58,158 nt of DNA from an uncultured Enterobacteriaceae bacterium (GCA_964495015.1 CAZBUD010000011.1:10350-68507); one strand, 5' to 3'. Counted from the first letter of the stretch, positions 1 through 9,981 are shown. A program made the numbers and translations. Notes: a model not told the origin generated them from the sequence alone.

Positions 1-46
1 CATACCATGTGAATTCTTCTTCTCGCAATCACCCGCAATCAAGCAC

Positions 47-219
47 TCCCCTCAGCACGACGGCCTGACGGCCTTCAAGAGGGAGCGAGCGTCTGGGAGC
101 GTCACCAAAAAGCTGAGGGGAACGAATAATCTGGCCTGCTCCCTCTTCTCCGCTTGACTCACCTTCCTAATTCCCATGAAGTGCGAAGAGCTTCAGACGT
201 GCTTCAAACATGAGGAGGG
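47..219 (+). promoter_or_regulatory. Candidate structured 5' leader with alternative helices upstream of the LLM gene
   Basis: Perfect 10-bp complements at 47-56/112-121 (TCCCCTCAGC/GCTGAGGGGA) and 77-86/138-147 (AAGAGGGAGC/GCTCCCTCTT). 141-148 can also pair with the SD GAGGAGGG at 212-219. Confidence 0.35.
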
Positions 220-223
220 TGGT

Positions 224-1069
224 GTGAAATTCGGCATTGTGATGTTTGCGACCGATTATGCGATCCGGCCGGACGAGATCGCCAAGGCGTGCGAAGACCG
301 AGGCTTTGAGTCTGTCTGGTTTCCGGAACATACTCATATTCCGGCCAGTCGGCGCAGTCCGTGGCCCGGCGGGGCTGAGTTGCCCAAAGAGTATTGGCAT
401 ACCCACGACCTGTTCGCCTCGCTTATGGCGGCCGCGGCAGCCACCAAAACGATCAAGGTCGGGAGTGGCATTTGCCTGGTGCAGGAGCACCATCCCATCA
501 AGCTGGCTAAGGAAGTTGCCACGGTGGACCAACTCTCGAACGGGCGCCTGCTGTTTGGGATTGGCGGCGGCTGGAATGCCGAGGAGATGGAAAACCATGG
601 CACGCCTTTTGATCGACGGTGGAAGATCTTGCGGGAAAAGATCGAAGCTATGAAAGCGATCTGGACTGAGGAAGAAGCAGAATATCACGGGGAGTTTGTT
701 AACTTTGATCCCATCTGGTCGTACCCCAAGCCGTTCCAGGAACCCCATCCCCCAATTCTATTAGGCGCCCATACCCCAGGTGGTCTGAATCGGGTCGTCA
801 ACTACTGTGACGGCTGGATTCCCATTGGGCCGAGGGTACAGGACCTCAAGACCTCTATCAGCGATATGCGCGGGCGGGCGGAAAAGTTTGGGCGTCTGGC
901 ATCGGACTTCTCAGTCTCAGCTTTTATGGCACCAGCCGAAGAAGCCGTCCTCAATCAGTATCAAGAACTGGGGATAGAGCGGGCGATCTTTGCAGTCCCG
1001 TCTGAGAGCAAAGAGAAGGTTCTGCCTATTTTAGATAACTACGCCACACTGATTCCAACGGTTCGTTAA
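224..1069 (+). CDS. LLM class (probable F420-dependent) oxidoreductase, Rv2161c-like
   Basis: GFESVWFPEHTH, AKEVATVDQLSNGRLLFGIGGGW and PKPFQEPHPPILLG motifs. GTG start at 224 follows SD GAGGAGG (ORF track starts at 176). Confidence 0.9.
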   Translation: MKFGIVMFATDYAIRPDEIAKACEDRGFESVWFPEHTHIPASRRSPWPGGAELPKEYWHTHDLFASLMAAAAATKTIKVGSGICLVQEHHPIKLAKEVATVDQLSNGRLLFGIGGGWNAEEMENHGTPFDRRWKILREKIEAMKAIWTEEEAEYHGEFVNFDPIWSYPKPFQEPHPPILLGAHTPGGLNRVVNYCDGWIPIGPRVQDLKTSISDMRGRAEKFGRLASDFSVSAFMAPAEEAVLNQYQELGIERAIFAVPSESKEKVLPILDNYATLIPTVR

Positions 1070-1088
1070 CTGTCAGGAGGAACACAGT

Positions 1089-1811
1089 ATGATCGATTTG
1101 CACTACTGGCCCACTCCCAACGGCAAGAAGGTGACCATTCTGCTGGAAGAATGCGGCATGCCGTACAAGATGATCCCGTGTCACATCGGCCAAGGGGATC
1201 AGTTCACAGATGAATTTCTCAATATCTGTCCGAATAATCGCATGCCCGCGCTGGTAGACCACGAGCCACTCGGCGGGGGTGAGCCGATCAGCATTTTCGA
1301 GTCCGGGGCGATGATGATGTATATCGCTGAGAAAGCCGGACAGTTTTATCCTCAGGATATCCGCGTCCGGTACGATGTGAATCAGTGGGTTATGTGGCAG
1401 ATGGCCAACCAAGGCCCCAAGAGTGGCGAGTGTGGCCATTTTCGTCGCTTGGGTGACGACCAAGGTGATCAGACCTATGCAGTGCGGCGATTCACGGATG
1501 AAGTCAATCGATTGTTTGGCGTCCTCAATAACCGCTTATATAAGAGTGCCTATCTAGCCGGGGACGAATACACCATCGCCGATATGATTAGTTATCCCTG
1601 GACGGTCAATTGGGAATCCCAAGGCCAGGACATCAATGAGTTTAAATACTTCAAGCGTTGGTTCGACGAACTCGCAGAGCGAGACGGCGTGAAAAAAGGC
1701 ATGGCCGTTGGCAGCGACCTGTCTATGGACCTCTCCAAACTCTCGCAGGAAGAAAAGGATAGCCTGCGTAAGATGCTCTACAACCAGCGGGCCCGACCGG
1801 TTCCGGAATAG
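1089..1811 (+). CDS. Glutathione S-transferase, Nu class (YfcG/YghU-like)
   Basis: MIDLHYWPTPNGKK, PNNRMPAL and IFESGA motifs; SD AGGAGG upstream. Confidence 0.9.
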   Translation: MIDLHYWPTPNGKKVTILLEECGMPYKMIPCHIGQGDQFTDEFLNICPNNRMPALVDHEPLGGGEPISIFESGAMMMYIAEKAGQFYPQDIRVRYDVNQWVMWQMANQGPKSGECGHFRRLGDDQGDQTYAVRRFTDEVNRLFGVLNNRLYKSAYLAGDEYTIADMISYPWTVNWESQGQDINEFKYFKRWFDELAERDGVKKGMAVGSDLSMDLSKLSQEEKDSLRKMLYNQRARPVPE

Positions 1812-1828
1812 CCTTATTCCCGTCCCCC

Positions 1829-1911
1829 CCTGGATTCCCGTTTCCACGGGCCCGTATCCACGGGAATGACATTCCTTTTTGTGTCATACCTGCGCAAGCA
1901 TGTATCCAGGC
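1829..1911. repeat. REP-like palindromic doublet, copy 1
   Basis: CTGGATTCCCGTTTCCACGGG...GGGAATGACA plus TGTCATACCTGCGCAAGCATGTATCCAGG. An inverted copy lies at 6970-7037. Confidence 0.75.
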
Positions 1912-1944
1912 CTACGGGACCAGACGGGGTTTTTCAGGGGCTTA

Positions 1945-2103
1945 GAGGCTTATCCGAATAACAGTTTCACGGTGTCATGTTGAGCCCTTCGACTGCGCTC
2001 AGGATAAACTCCGCGAAACCTCTCACCTCCACGACAAGGGGAGAGATTCTTCGCTCCTCTCAGGATGACAGAACCGGACGCCTATGGTTATTCGGATAGG
2101 CAC
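1945..2103. mobile_element. MITE-like element with ~15-bp terminal inverted repeats, a TTA duplication and an internal REP-like palindrome
   Basis: GCTTATCCGAATAAC (1948-1962) vs GTTATTCGGATAGGC (2087-2101), one mismatch. TTA at 1942-1944 and 2104-2106. Internal CCCTTCGACTGCGCTCAGG...CTCAGGATGACA. Confidence 0.6.
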
Positions 2104-2113
2104 TTAGTAGCTC

Positions 2114-3271
2114 TTAGAGTCCGTAGACGCGAGCTACATTTTCTCCCAGGACCTTCTGGCGAGTGGATGCCGACATCGGCGTCACCAGCTCACCCAATTC
2201 TTCCATATAATTATCCGGGTGGTCAGGATGGGGAAAATCCGAGGCCCAAAAAAACTTGTCTGCACCCACAAAATCCACCACATGGCCGAAGGCTTTTTCG
2301 TCTGGGTCACCGGAAATCCAGCACTGACGCTGAAAGTAATAGCTCGGCTTTTCTTTGAGCCGCACAGTGTCACCGAGCGGACTGTCATATACCGCATCCA
2401 TCCGGTTCAGCAGATAGCCGGCCCAGCCCGCACCCGACTCTAAGACGACTACCTTGATCTTTGGAAAACGCTCAAACAGGCCATATTGAAACATGGCCGT
2501 GAACGCTTGCAGCGGACCTTGACCGCCGTGCACGTTGAAATGCCACATCGCCCACCTCTGCATATCTTTGAAGCGTTGGTGGACGCGTTTGGACGGCGGC
2601 TCACTAGCCGGGTGAATACCAACGGGCACATCAAGTTCTTGGGCCATGGTCCAGAAGGGATCGTAATCCGGATGCGCGTGGGATTTGCTCGTTGGCGTGA
2701 ACGGAGCAAAGAATGCACCTTTGGCCCCCGCTTTGACGGATCGCTCCAATTCCCGGGCTGCTTCTTGTGGAACGCCCATAGAAATGTGGGCAATCGGGAT
2801 CAGCCGGCCGTTCGTATCAGCGCAGAAGTCGATAATCCAGCGGTTATACGCTTGTGTCAGGGCCGCCTGGTAAGCTAGATCGCCAACCTCCTCAGTTTCC
2901 CAAATAAGTCCGATGCTCGGGTAGAGAATGGCTTTCTCCAATCCTTCTTGATCCAGACGTTGCACTCGTTCCTGGGCATCCATAGAGCCAAACGGTGCTT
3001 CGCCGACATAGGTGAGGCTCGGATCGGGTTCGCTTCTGTTGGGCGTACTTTTGCCCATGGCCCCAAACGCCGACAAGGTGCCGGCCGGCATATACTTGAA
3101 AGGCCGGCGATCGATTTCCAGGTATTCTAAGCCCTTCTCGTTAACACGTACCCGAATCGCCCGGTCACGATATTGAGGGTCGATATATTTCTCCCAAATA
3201 TCGGGCGGTTCAAGGATATGGCCATCGGCGTCTATCGCACCGGTGTACGGGAATTTATTTTGGACTGACAT
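2114..3271 (-). CDS. Amidohydrolase family protein (Amidohydro_2)
   Basis: IDADGHILEPPD metal-binding motif, HP, LESGAGW and WASDFPHPD motifs. Confidence 0.9.
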   Translation of the reverse strand: MSVQNKFPYTGAIDADGHILEPPDIWEKYIDPQYRDRAIRVRVNEKGLEYLEIDRRPFKYMPAGTLSAFGAMGKSTPNRSEPDPSLTYVGEAPFGSMDAQERVQRLDQEGLEKAILYPSIGLIWETEEVGDLAYQAALTQAYNRWIIDFCADTNGRLIPIAHISMGVPQEAARELERSVKAGAKGAFFAPFTPTSKSHAHPDYDPFWTMAQELDVPVGIHPASEPPSKRVHQRFKDMQRWAMWHFNVHGGQGPLQAFTAMFQYGLFERFPKIKVVVLESGAGWAGYLLNRMDAVYDSPLGDTVRLKEKPSYYFQRQCWISGDPDEKAFGHVVDFVGADKFFWASDFPHPDHPDNYMEELGELVTPMSASTRQKVLGENVARVYGL

Positions 3272-3356
3272 CGCACCTCCCGCGAAAAAATGAACTTCAA
3301 AAATAGATTAAATACAACTACCCTAGAGAACTCTCTCGCTCTCCGTTCTAGAATCC

Positions 3357-4100
3357 TTAGCCGGGCAGATACACCCCACCGTTCACGTGAATCGTCTGTC
3401 CAGTGATATAGGCTGCATCGTCTGACAACAAGAACGACACGGCCGCCGCGATCTCCTCCGGTTTACCCGCCCGCCCAGCGGGAATGGGTCGAGCCAGCTT
3501 TTCAAGTTCTGCATCAGAGAACACAACTTTCAACCCGTCGTGCAAGATGAGGCCCGGAGCGAGCGCGTTGACCGTTACCCCATACGGCGCCAATTCCAGC
3601 GCGATGGATCGCGTATAACCCGTAATCCCAGCTTTGGCTGCCGCATAAGGACCTTGCTCTCCGGCTGCTTGATAGGCGGCCTGCGAAGCGAGGTTCACAA
3701 TACGCCCAAATCCGCGCTCTTTCATGGCTAGGCTGAACGCGCGCGTCAGGTAGAACGTGCCATGCAGATTGACCCGCAGCGTCCGCTCCCAAACTCGGGA
3801 CTCCTGTCCTGCTCCGTGAATGCCGGCGTTATTGACGAGATAGGCGATGTGGACATTCTTTGTCTGCAGCTCCTCAGCCAAAGCGATCACCTGGTCTTCT
3901 TTGGTGACATCCAGTGGATAAAAACTCACCCGGTCCTGCTGGTCCGTCGGAAAGCGCTCTAGCCATTCGGGCGCCTGCTGTGCCGCTCGGTCACAGGCCA
4001 CGATGGTGTGTCCTTCATCCAACAGCCGCTGGGTCATGGCTGTGCCTAAGCCACCTACTGCGCCTGTTATGAGTATTTGTCCGTGTGGTTGGCGAGACAT
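3357..4100 (-). CDS. SDR oxidoreductase, FabG-like
   Basis: TGAVGGLG, NNAG and YAAAK catalytic motifs. Confidence 0.9.
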   Translation of the reverse strand: MSRQPHGQILITGAVGGLGTAMTQRLLDEGHTIVACDRAAQQAPEWLERFPTDQQDRVSFYPLDVTKEDQVIALAEELQTKNVHIAYLVNNAGIHGAGQESRVWERTLRVNLHGTFYLTRAFSLAMKERGFGRIVNLASQAAYQAAGEQGPYAAAKAGITGYTRSIALELAPYGVTVNALAPGLILHDGLKVVFSDAELEKLARPIPAGRAGKPEEIAAAVSFLLSDDAAYITGQTIHVNGGVYLPG

Positions 4101-4307
4101 AGATTATCCCTCTTATCTTTTGCGCTGGGTAAAGAAGCCGTCCAAGGATTTTGCCCCAATAAAACTATGCCAGACAGGAGAGAGACCAGTCAGGCAGACG
4201 GAGGGATGCTCGCCACAGGCCGAATCGAAGCGCTGGGGTCTCGCTCCAGATTTTCACCCGCGCCCCCGGGCCGCTGCGCGCGCGCCCGAAGGACAGCGCA
4301 TCGTACT

Positions 4308-5492
4308 TCAGATGCGCTCGATCAAGGTACCCGTCCCGAGGCCCCCTCCGCAGCACATCGTGATCAGCCCGCAGCGGTCCTGCGACCGCTTGAGCTCGTG
4401 GACTGCCTTGGTGATGAGAAAGCAGCCGGTCGCGCCGAGCGGGTGACCCAGCGAGATGGCGCCACCGTTGGGATTCACGCGTGCCATGTCGGGCTTGATC
4501 TCCTTGGCCCAGGCTAGCACGACCGAAGCAAAGGCCTCGTTGATTTCGACGACATCGATGTCGTCGATCGAGAGACCTGCGCGATCAAGCAGTCGGCGGG
4601 TAGCCGGGATCGGCCCTTCGAGCATCAACACCGGGTCGCAGCCGACAAGGGCCGTCTCGACAATCCGTGCCATTGGCTCACAGCCACGCTCGCGTGCGCG
4701 CTCTTCGCTCATTAATAGTATCGCCGCCGCACCGTCAGCGATCTGGGACGAGGAACCTGCGGTGTGGATGCCGTCTTCGCGGGCGACGGGCCTGAGGCCG
4801 GCGAGGGCTTCGAGACTCGTTCTGCGTGGGATCTCGTCGGCGGTGACGGTCTTCATCTCGTCGGTGCGTTTCCCGTCTTCATCCATGACCGGCGCCTTGA
4901 CGGGAATGATCTGCGCGTCGAAGCGGCCCTCGGAGATCGCACGTGCCGCGCGCAGCTGCGATTCAAGTCCGAAAGCGTCGGTCTCCGTCCGCGAGATACC
5001 ATACTTATCGGCGATCCGCTCGGCGCCCTCGAACTGGCTGACGAAATCGTAGTGCTCGAAGTAGCTGCGCGCGACGGGCTTGCCGTAACCGGCTTTCGCG
5101 CCGGCGACGGCGTCGGAGCCGATCGGCAGCCGGCTCATGTTCTCGACTCCGCAGGCAAGCACGACATCTTCCACCCCTGAGGCGATCAGGCTGTAAGCGA
5201 GGTTGGTGGCTTCCTGCGAAGAGCCGCACTGCGAATCGACGGTGATACAGGGCACTTCTTCGGCGCCGCCGTGAGCGAGCCAGGCGGTACGGGTGACGTT
5301 CATCGCCTGGGCGCCGACCTTGTTGATACAACCGCCGACGATCTGTCCTACATCGGCGGTGGCCACCCCGGCGCGCCCGAGCACGCCGTTCATGATCTGA
5401 CCCAGAACGTCGGTCGGGTGAGCCCCGGCCAGAGATCCATACTTCTTCCCTACCGGCGACCGGCCGGCCTCAACAATAACGACTTCGCTCAT
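4308..5492 (-). CDS. Thiolase (acetyl-CoA C-acyltransferase)
   Basis: SQCGSS catalytic Cys, NEAF, GHPLGATG and MCCGGG motifs. Confidence 0.93.
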   Translation of the reverse strand: MSEVVIVEAGRSPVGKKYGSLAGAHPTDVLGQIMNGVLGRAGVATADVGQIVGGCINKVGAQAMNVTRTAWLAHGGAEEVPCITVDSQCGSSQEATNLAYSLIASGVEDVVLACGVENMSRLPIGSDAVAGAKAGYGKPVARSYFEHYDFVSQFEGAERIADKYGISRTETDAFGLESQLRAARAISEGRFDAQIIPVKAPVMDEDGKRTDEMKTVTADEIPRRTSLEALAGLRPVAREDGIHTAGSSSQIADGAAAILLMSEERARERGCEPMARIVETALVGCDPVLMLEGPIPATRRLLDRAGLSIDDIDVVEINEAFASVVLAWAKEIKPDMARVNPNGGAISLGHPLGATGCFLITKAVHELKRSQDRCGLITMCCGGGLGTGTLIERI

Positions 5493-5615
5493 AATCTTTC
5501 CTCCTAAGGGGCGTCCTGGTCCTTCCCTATGAGATGCCTCGTTCTAATCTATGAAAAATGATTTGGCAACGCCGAAAAGTGTGTCAGGCACTAAGGAGCA
5601 ACGACCGAAGGATTG

Positions 5616-5640
5616 GGAGTAGGCAGGACGTGCCTACTCC
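5616..5640. terminator. Strong hairpin downstream of the serine hydrolase gene
   Basis: GGAGTAGGCA-ggacg-TGCCTACTCC, 10-bp perfect stem, no clear U tract. Confidence 0.4.
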
Positions 5641-5686
5641 ACCGAACAGGATCGCTATTTCAATGCTGCCGCCTGGGAATCCTCCC

Positions 5687-6895
5687 CTATCTCCAGGCTC
5701 CTGATGCGTCGGATTGGTAACCAAGCCCACGATAGACGGCATCCACTAAGCTCTGTCCCCGCTCGTTGAGCGACAGGCCCGGCCCCATCTTATTCATGGT
5801 GTACCCAAAGGAAATACCCGCTTTGGGATCGGCAAAACCGAACGAGCCGCCGGCGCCAACATGGCCGAACGCTTCCTCAGAGATCAAGACGCTGTCCTGT
5901 ACTCCAGCTGGCTCGTTGCGGTTGTCCATCGTTTTCATGAAACCCAGGGCAAATCGGGTAGGCATTATCAGCACCGCGTCTTCGCCGGTTGCGGATGATA
6001 CGCAGCCCATCCGACCCAGCGTTTCACTGTTGACGATTTCGACGTTGCCCTTTTTTCCACCAAGAGCGAGCGGTTCATACATGCCCGCCAGTCCACGCGC
6101 GTTGGTGACGCCGCCAGCGCCGCCAATTTCTGCTGCATGCGCAGCGCGAGAATCAAACATCGGCGGAGGACCCATATAACCGCCCATATTGCCCATGGTT
6201 AAGGCCTGTATCGTGCCCGGTTTGGCAAGCTCTTGAAACAGCCGGCGTGCGGGATCAGGCTTGGCCGGAATCATGGGTGCAACCCGAGACTCCTTGTCTT
6301 CGGGTAAGCCTATCCAGAAGTCTAATCCGAGGGGCTGCGCGATCTCTTCTTTGAAAAAAGTTCCGAGCGATTTTCCGGATACGCGTCGCACAACCTCGCC
6401 GTTCAGCCAGCCAAAGGTCAGGGCGTGATAGCCATTACGGGTTCCAGGCTCCCAAAACGGCTCTTCTTTGGCCAAGGCATTCACCACCAGATCCCAATCT
6501 GCGTAGGCGCCTTGCGGCAAAGTCTCGCGCACGGCTGGCAAACCGGCCTGGTGATTCAACAGCATCTTCACTGGAATATTCTCTTTGCCCGACTGGGCAA
6601 ACTCGGGCCAGTATTTCGCCACAGGCGCATCCAGATCGAGTTCGCCGCGCGACGCCAGGATATGGGCACAGATGGCTGTTGCGCCCTTCGTTGATGAAAA
6701 GACAATGCTGACCGTCTCATCCGTCCAGGGCGTCTCTGTTCTATTGTTTGCCAGTCCGCCCCACAAGTCGACAACCGTCTCTCCGCCGACGGTCACACAC
6801 ACTGACGCACCAACTTCACCGCGCTCTTTAAAATTGCGCTCGAACTCCTGACGGACATATTGAAACTTCCGATCGCATGTTCCCTTAACAGCCAT
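5687..6895 (-). CDS. Serine hydrolase, beta-lactamase-fold (family VIII esterase-like)
   Basis: FSSTK (SxxK), LLNHQAG, GYHALTFG and FGHVGAGG motifs. Confidence 0.9.
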   Translation of the reverse strand: MAVKGTCDRKFQYVRQEFERNFKERGEVGASVCVTVGGETVVDLWGGLANNRTETPWTDETVSIVFSSTKGATAICAHILASRGELDLDAPVAKYWPEFAQSGKENIPVKMLLNHQAGLPAVRETLPQGAYADWDLVVNALAKEEPFWEPGTRNGYHALTFGWLNGEVVRRVSGKSLGTFFKEEIAQPLGLDFWIGLPEDKESRVAPMIPAKPDPARRLFQELAKPGTIQALTMGNMGGYMGPPPMFDSRAAHAAEIGGAGGVTNARGLAGMYEPLALGGKKGNVEIVNSETLGRMGCVSSATGEDAVLIMPTRFALGFMKTMDNRNEPAGVQDSVLISEEAFGHVGAGGSFGFADPKAGISFGYTMNKMGPGLSLNERGQSLVDAVYRGLGYQSDASGAWR

Positions 6896-6969
6896 TGAAC
6901 TCCCTCCTTATATATTCTCTATTATCGGACTCTCAGCGCTCCTCACCAAACTCGGTCTTGCCCCAGAAG

Positions 6970-7037
6970 CCTGGATGCCTGCTTGTGCAGGTATGACACA
7001 GTATGGAATGTCATTCCCGTGGAAACAGGAATCCAGG
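6970..7037. repeat. REP-like palindromic doublet, copy 2 (inverted relative to 1829-1911)
   Basis: CCTGGATGCCTGCTTGTGCAGGTATGACA plus TGTCATTCCCGTGGAAACAGGAATCCAGG. Confidence 0.75.
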
Positions 7038-7075
7038 CTGGAAGCCCAGAGAAGCGGAAGAGCGGCGGTACTTAT

Positions 7076-8707
7076 TCAGCACAGCGCAAACCCCTCATAG
7101 CCGCTGGCGGCGACCTCCCCACACTTCTTCCGATATTCTCGGGCGCTGTTCGCATACAAGAGAACGGCGCGTTTCTTACCGGGAATATTCGCCCCCATAA
7201 ACCAGGAGTCCGCAGCGCTCAATATCGTACCAGCGGCCAATTCGTTGGAGTGCTCCACCCAGGCATCTTCCGCCTCTAGGGTAGGTACAATGCTCGCCAG
7301 GTTCTTCCCACGCAGATGGCCGATGCAATCAGCAATCCATTCCACGACCATCTCGGCGCATACGGTGTAGTTGCATAACGCGGAGTTCGTGCCAATAAAG
7401 AAATTCGGGAAGCCGGCAGTTTGTAGGCCCAGGTAGCTGCGCGGCCCGTCAGCCCATTTGTCCTTGAACGTCTGCCCGCCTTCGCCCCGAATATCGATCC
7501 GGGTTAACGGCCCAGACACCGCGTCAAACCCTGTGGCATAGATGATGATGTCGAATTCGTACTCGGCGCCACCCTGGAGCTTCACGCCTTTTTGGGTGAT
7601 ACGTTCGATCGGTGCATTACGGATATCAACCAGTTTCACATTGTCCCGGTTGTAGGCTTCGTAATACTCCGTCTCCAGGGGGATGCGTTTGGAGCCGAAA
7701 GGATGATCCTTGGGTGCCAGCAATTCAGCCACGACCGGATCGTTGACACGCGCGCGGATCTTGTTGCGAACGAACTCGGCAAAGGTCTCGTTAGCCTCCA
7801 TATTGGTCATGATGTCGTAGTAATTTCCCAGCCATTTCTTAAAACCGGGTAGCGCCCACAACTCCTCGTACTGTGCCATTCGCTCTTCCTCGGAGGCCTC
7901 CAGGGCCGACCGTGGGTCAAAGTCGTGCATAAAGCCGACCGGAGTTTCGCGGCATCTTTTGTGGATTTCCGGGTAGCTGGCCTTCCAGGCCGCCTGGGTC
8001 TCTGGGTTGACCTCTGAATTTCGCAACGGCGCACAGTAGTTCGGCGTACGCTGAAAGACCGTCATATGGCCGACTTCCTTGGCGACAATCGGGATGAGTT
8101 GGACAGCCGTAGCGCCCGTGCCGATGACGCCCGCGCGCTTACCGCTAAAGTCCACCTTTTCCTTCGGCCAGCGGGATGTATGAAACGATTGGCCTTCGAA
8201 GCTGTCGATCCCTTCAAATGGGGGCGTATACTTCGCAGACAGAATGCCCACCGCTCCGATGAGAAATTGCGCGCTCGCGCGCTGGCCATCCTCAATCTGG
8301 ACCTCCCACTGACTCCTGCTCTCATCGTAAACCGCCGAGCTAACCCGAGAATTGAGCTGGATGTCTTTGCGCAGGTCGAACTTATCGGCGACAAAGTTGA
8401 GGTAGCGCTCGTTCTCTCGCTGGCCGGAGAAGTGCTCTTTCCAGTCCCATTCTTGCAACAGTTCCTCCGAGAAGGAGTAACCATAGGTTTCACTCTCGGA
8501 ATCGAAGCGGCAACCTGGGTAACGGTTCCAATACCAGGTGCCACCCACGCCGCCAGCGTCCTCAAAGGACCGCACCGAAAGCCCCATCTTCCGCAGACGA
8601 TACAATTGATATAATCCCACTACCCCGGCGCCAATAATGATCGCGTCGTATTGCTCGACCCCTCCTTTAGCGCGTGGTTTCTGTGGGTGTTGTTCAATCT
8701 TTGCCAT
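7076..8707 (-). CDS. Baeyer-Villiger monooxygenase (type I, PAMO/CHMO-like)
   Basis: [29 protein letters not shown] (FxGxxxHxxxW) and GTGATA motifs. Confidence 0.95.
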   Translation of the reverse strand: MAKIEQHPQKPRAKGGVEQYDAIIIGAGVVGLYQLYRLRKMGLSVRSFEDAGGVGGTWYWNRYPGCRFDSESETYGYSFSEELLQEWDWKEHFSGQRENERYLNFVADKFDLRKDIQLNSRVSSAVYDESRSQWEVQIEDGQRASAQFLIGAVGILSAKYTPPFEGIDSFEGQSFHTSRWPKEKVDFSGKRAGVIGTGATAVQLIPIVAKEVGHMTVFQRTPNYCAPLRNSEVNPETQAAWKASYPEIHKRCRETPVGFMHDFDPRSALEASEEERMAQYEELWALPGFKKWLGNYYDIMTNMEANETFAEFVRNKIRARVNDPVVAELLAPKDHPFGSKRIPLETEYYEAYNRDNVKLVDIRNAPIERITQKGVKLQGGAEYEFDIIIYATGFDAVSGPLTRIDIRGEGGQTFKDKWADGPRSYLGLQTAGFPNFFIGTNSALCNYTVCAEMVVEWIADCIGHLRGKNLASIVPTLEAEDAWVEHSNELAAGTILSAADSWFMGANIPGKKRAVLLYANSAREYRKKCGEVAASGYEGFALC

Positions 8708-8841
8708 AGGATTCCCTCCCTACCGTCCTACTTCTACTCTTCAGCTGTTCTTGTATATCTCACTCCCGCCATTGTTGTGAATGGTGAGGCGCAACAATAA
8801 AGTCCGACAAATTTGGTGCGTGTGTCTTGCTGCGCGCGTCA

Positions 8842-9972
8842 TCATTTCAGCGAGGCATAGGTCGCCTCGATAAGCCCTACCGCCCGCTGATCACCTAGCA
8901 TACTTTCGCCCATTCGGTTCATCACATAGGCGATCGAAGTGCGGGTATCGGGGTCGACCACGGCAATTGACCCGCCCCAACCACCCCAGTAGAAGGCCCC
9001 GGTGCTCGGCGTAAACGGAACCCTCGGGTTCATCAACCCAAAGCCCATTCCGAAAAGCATCCACGCGCCGAGCACGAGATCCTTGCCGTTGGTCTGTTGT
9101 TGCTGTGCCATCGCCACCGTCTCGGGTGCCATCAACCGGACGCCATCGAGCACGCCTCCCGAAGCCAGTGCGCCATGCACGCGTGCCACGGCGCGTGCAT
9201 TACCGATCCCTCCTGCAGCGGGAATTTCCGCCGCGCGCCAGGCTCGCGTTTGCGGCTCCAGCCCCGTCAATGACGCGGACCGAAACGTCCGCACAGCGAT
9301 CGAATTCGGATCGCCAGAAGTCTGATCCATCCTCGCCGCGGGAGGCACCATCTCGCCAACGCGATCATCGTGTTGGGCGCCGAGCCCGATGTGAAAATCA
9401 ACGTCGAGCGGCGTAGCAACTTCCTCGCGGAAAAACGTACCGAGACTGCGGCCGTCTACCCGGCGCAGGATTTCTCCCTGAAGATAGCCTTGCGTGATGG
9501 CATGGTATCCCGAGGCGGTACCAGGCTCCCACCACGGTGCTTGGCGGGCCAACCTGCTGCAGACGTCGTCCCAGTTGTAGAGTTCCTCGATCTGGATAGG
9601 TGTGTCGAAGCCAGACATCCCTGCCGAGTGGCTCATCACATGCCGAACTAGCACGCCTTCCTTGCCGTTCTGAGCGAACTCAGGCCAGTAGCGCGCAACA
9701 GGAGCATCGAAATCGATCAGACCGCGGTCAGCGAGCATCAACATGCAGACGGCGGCCATGGTTTTCGTGGTGGAGTACACATTGACGATGGTGTCCTGCT
9801 GCCATGGCTTACCACTCGGCGCTGAGGAGCCGCCCCACAGATCAACAGCCACCTGTCCGTCGTGTACGACACAAACACTAGCGCCAATCTCATTGTTCGT
9901 CGCGAAGTTCTGGATAAACGCATCGCGGACGGCCTCGAAGCCGTCCGCACAATATCCCTGGGGTTCTACCAT
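8842..9972 (-). CDS. Serine hydrolase, beta-lactamase-fold (family VIII esterase-like)
   Basis: YSTTK (SxxK), MSHSAG, GYHAITQG and WGGWGGS motifs. Confidence 0.9.
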   Translation of the reverse strand: MVEPQGYCADGFEAVRDAFIQNFATNNEIGASVCVVHDGQVAVDLWGGSSAPSGKPWQQDTIVNVYSTTKTMAAVCMLMLADRGLIDFDAPVARYWPEFAQNGKEGVLVRHVMSHSAGMSGFDTPIQIEELYNWDDVCSRLARQAPWWEPGTASGYHAITQGYLQGEILRRVDGRSLGTFFREEVATPLDVDFHIGLGAQHDDRVGEMVPPAARMDQTSGDPNSIAVRTFRSASLTGLEPQTRAWRAAEIPAAGGIGNARAVARVHGALASGGVLDGVRLMAPETVAMAQQQQTNGKDLVLGAWMLFGMGFGLMNPRVPFTPSTGAFYWGGWGGSIAVVDPDTRTSIAYVMNRMGESMLGDQRAVGLIEATYASLK

Positions 9973-9981
9973 AGCTTTCCT

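Noticed and set aside
1812-2110. CRISPR array
   Set aside because: No regularly spaced direct repeats, only palindromic REP/MITE-like units, and no cas genes in the window.
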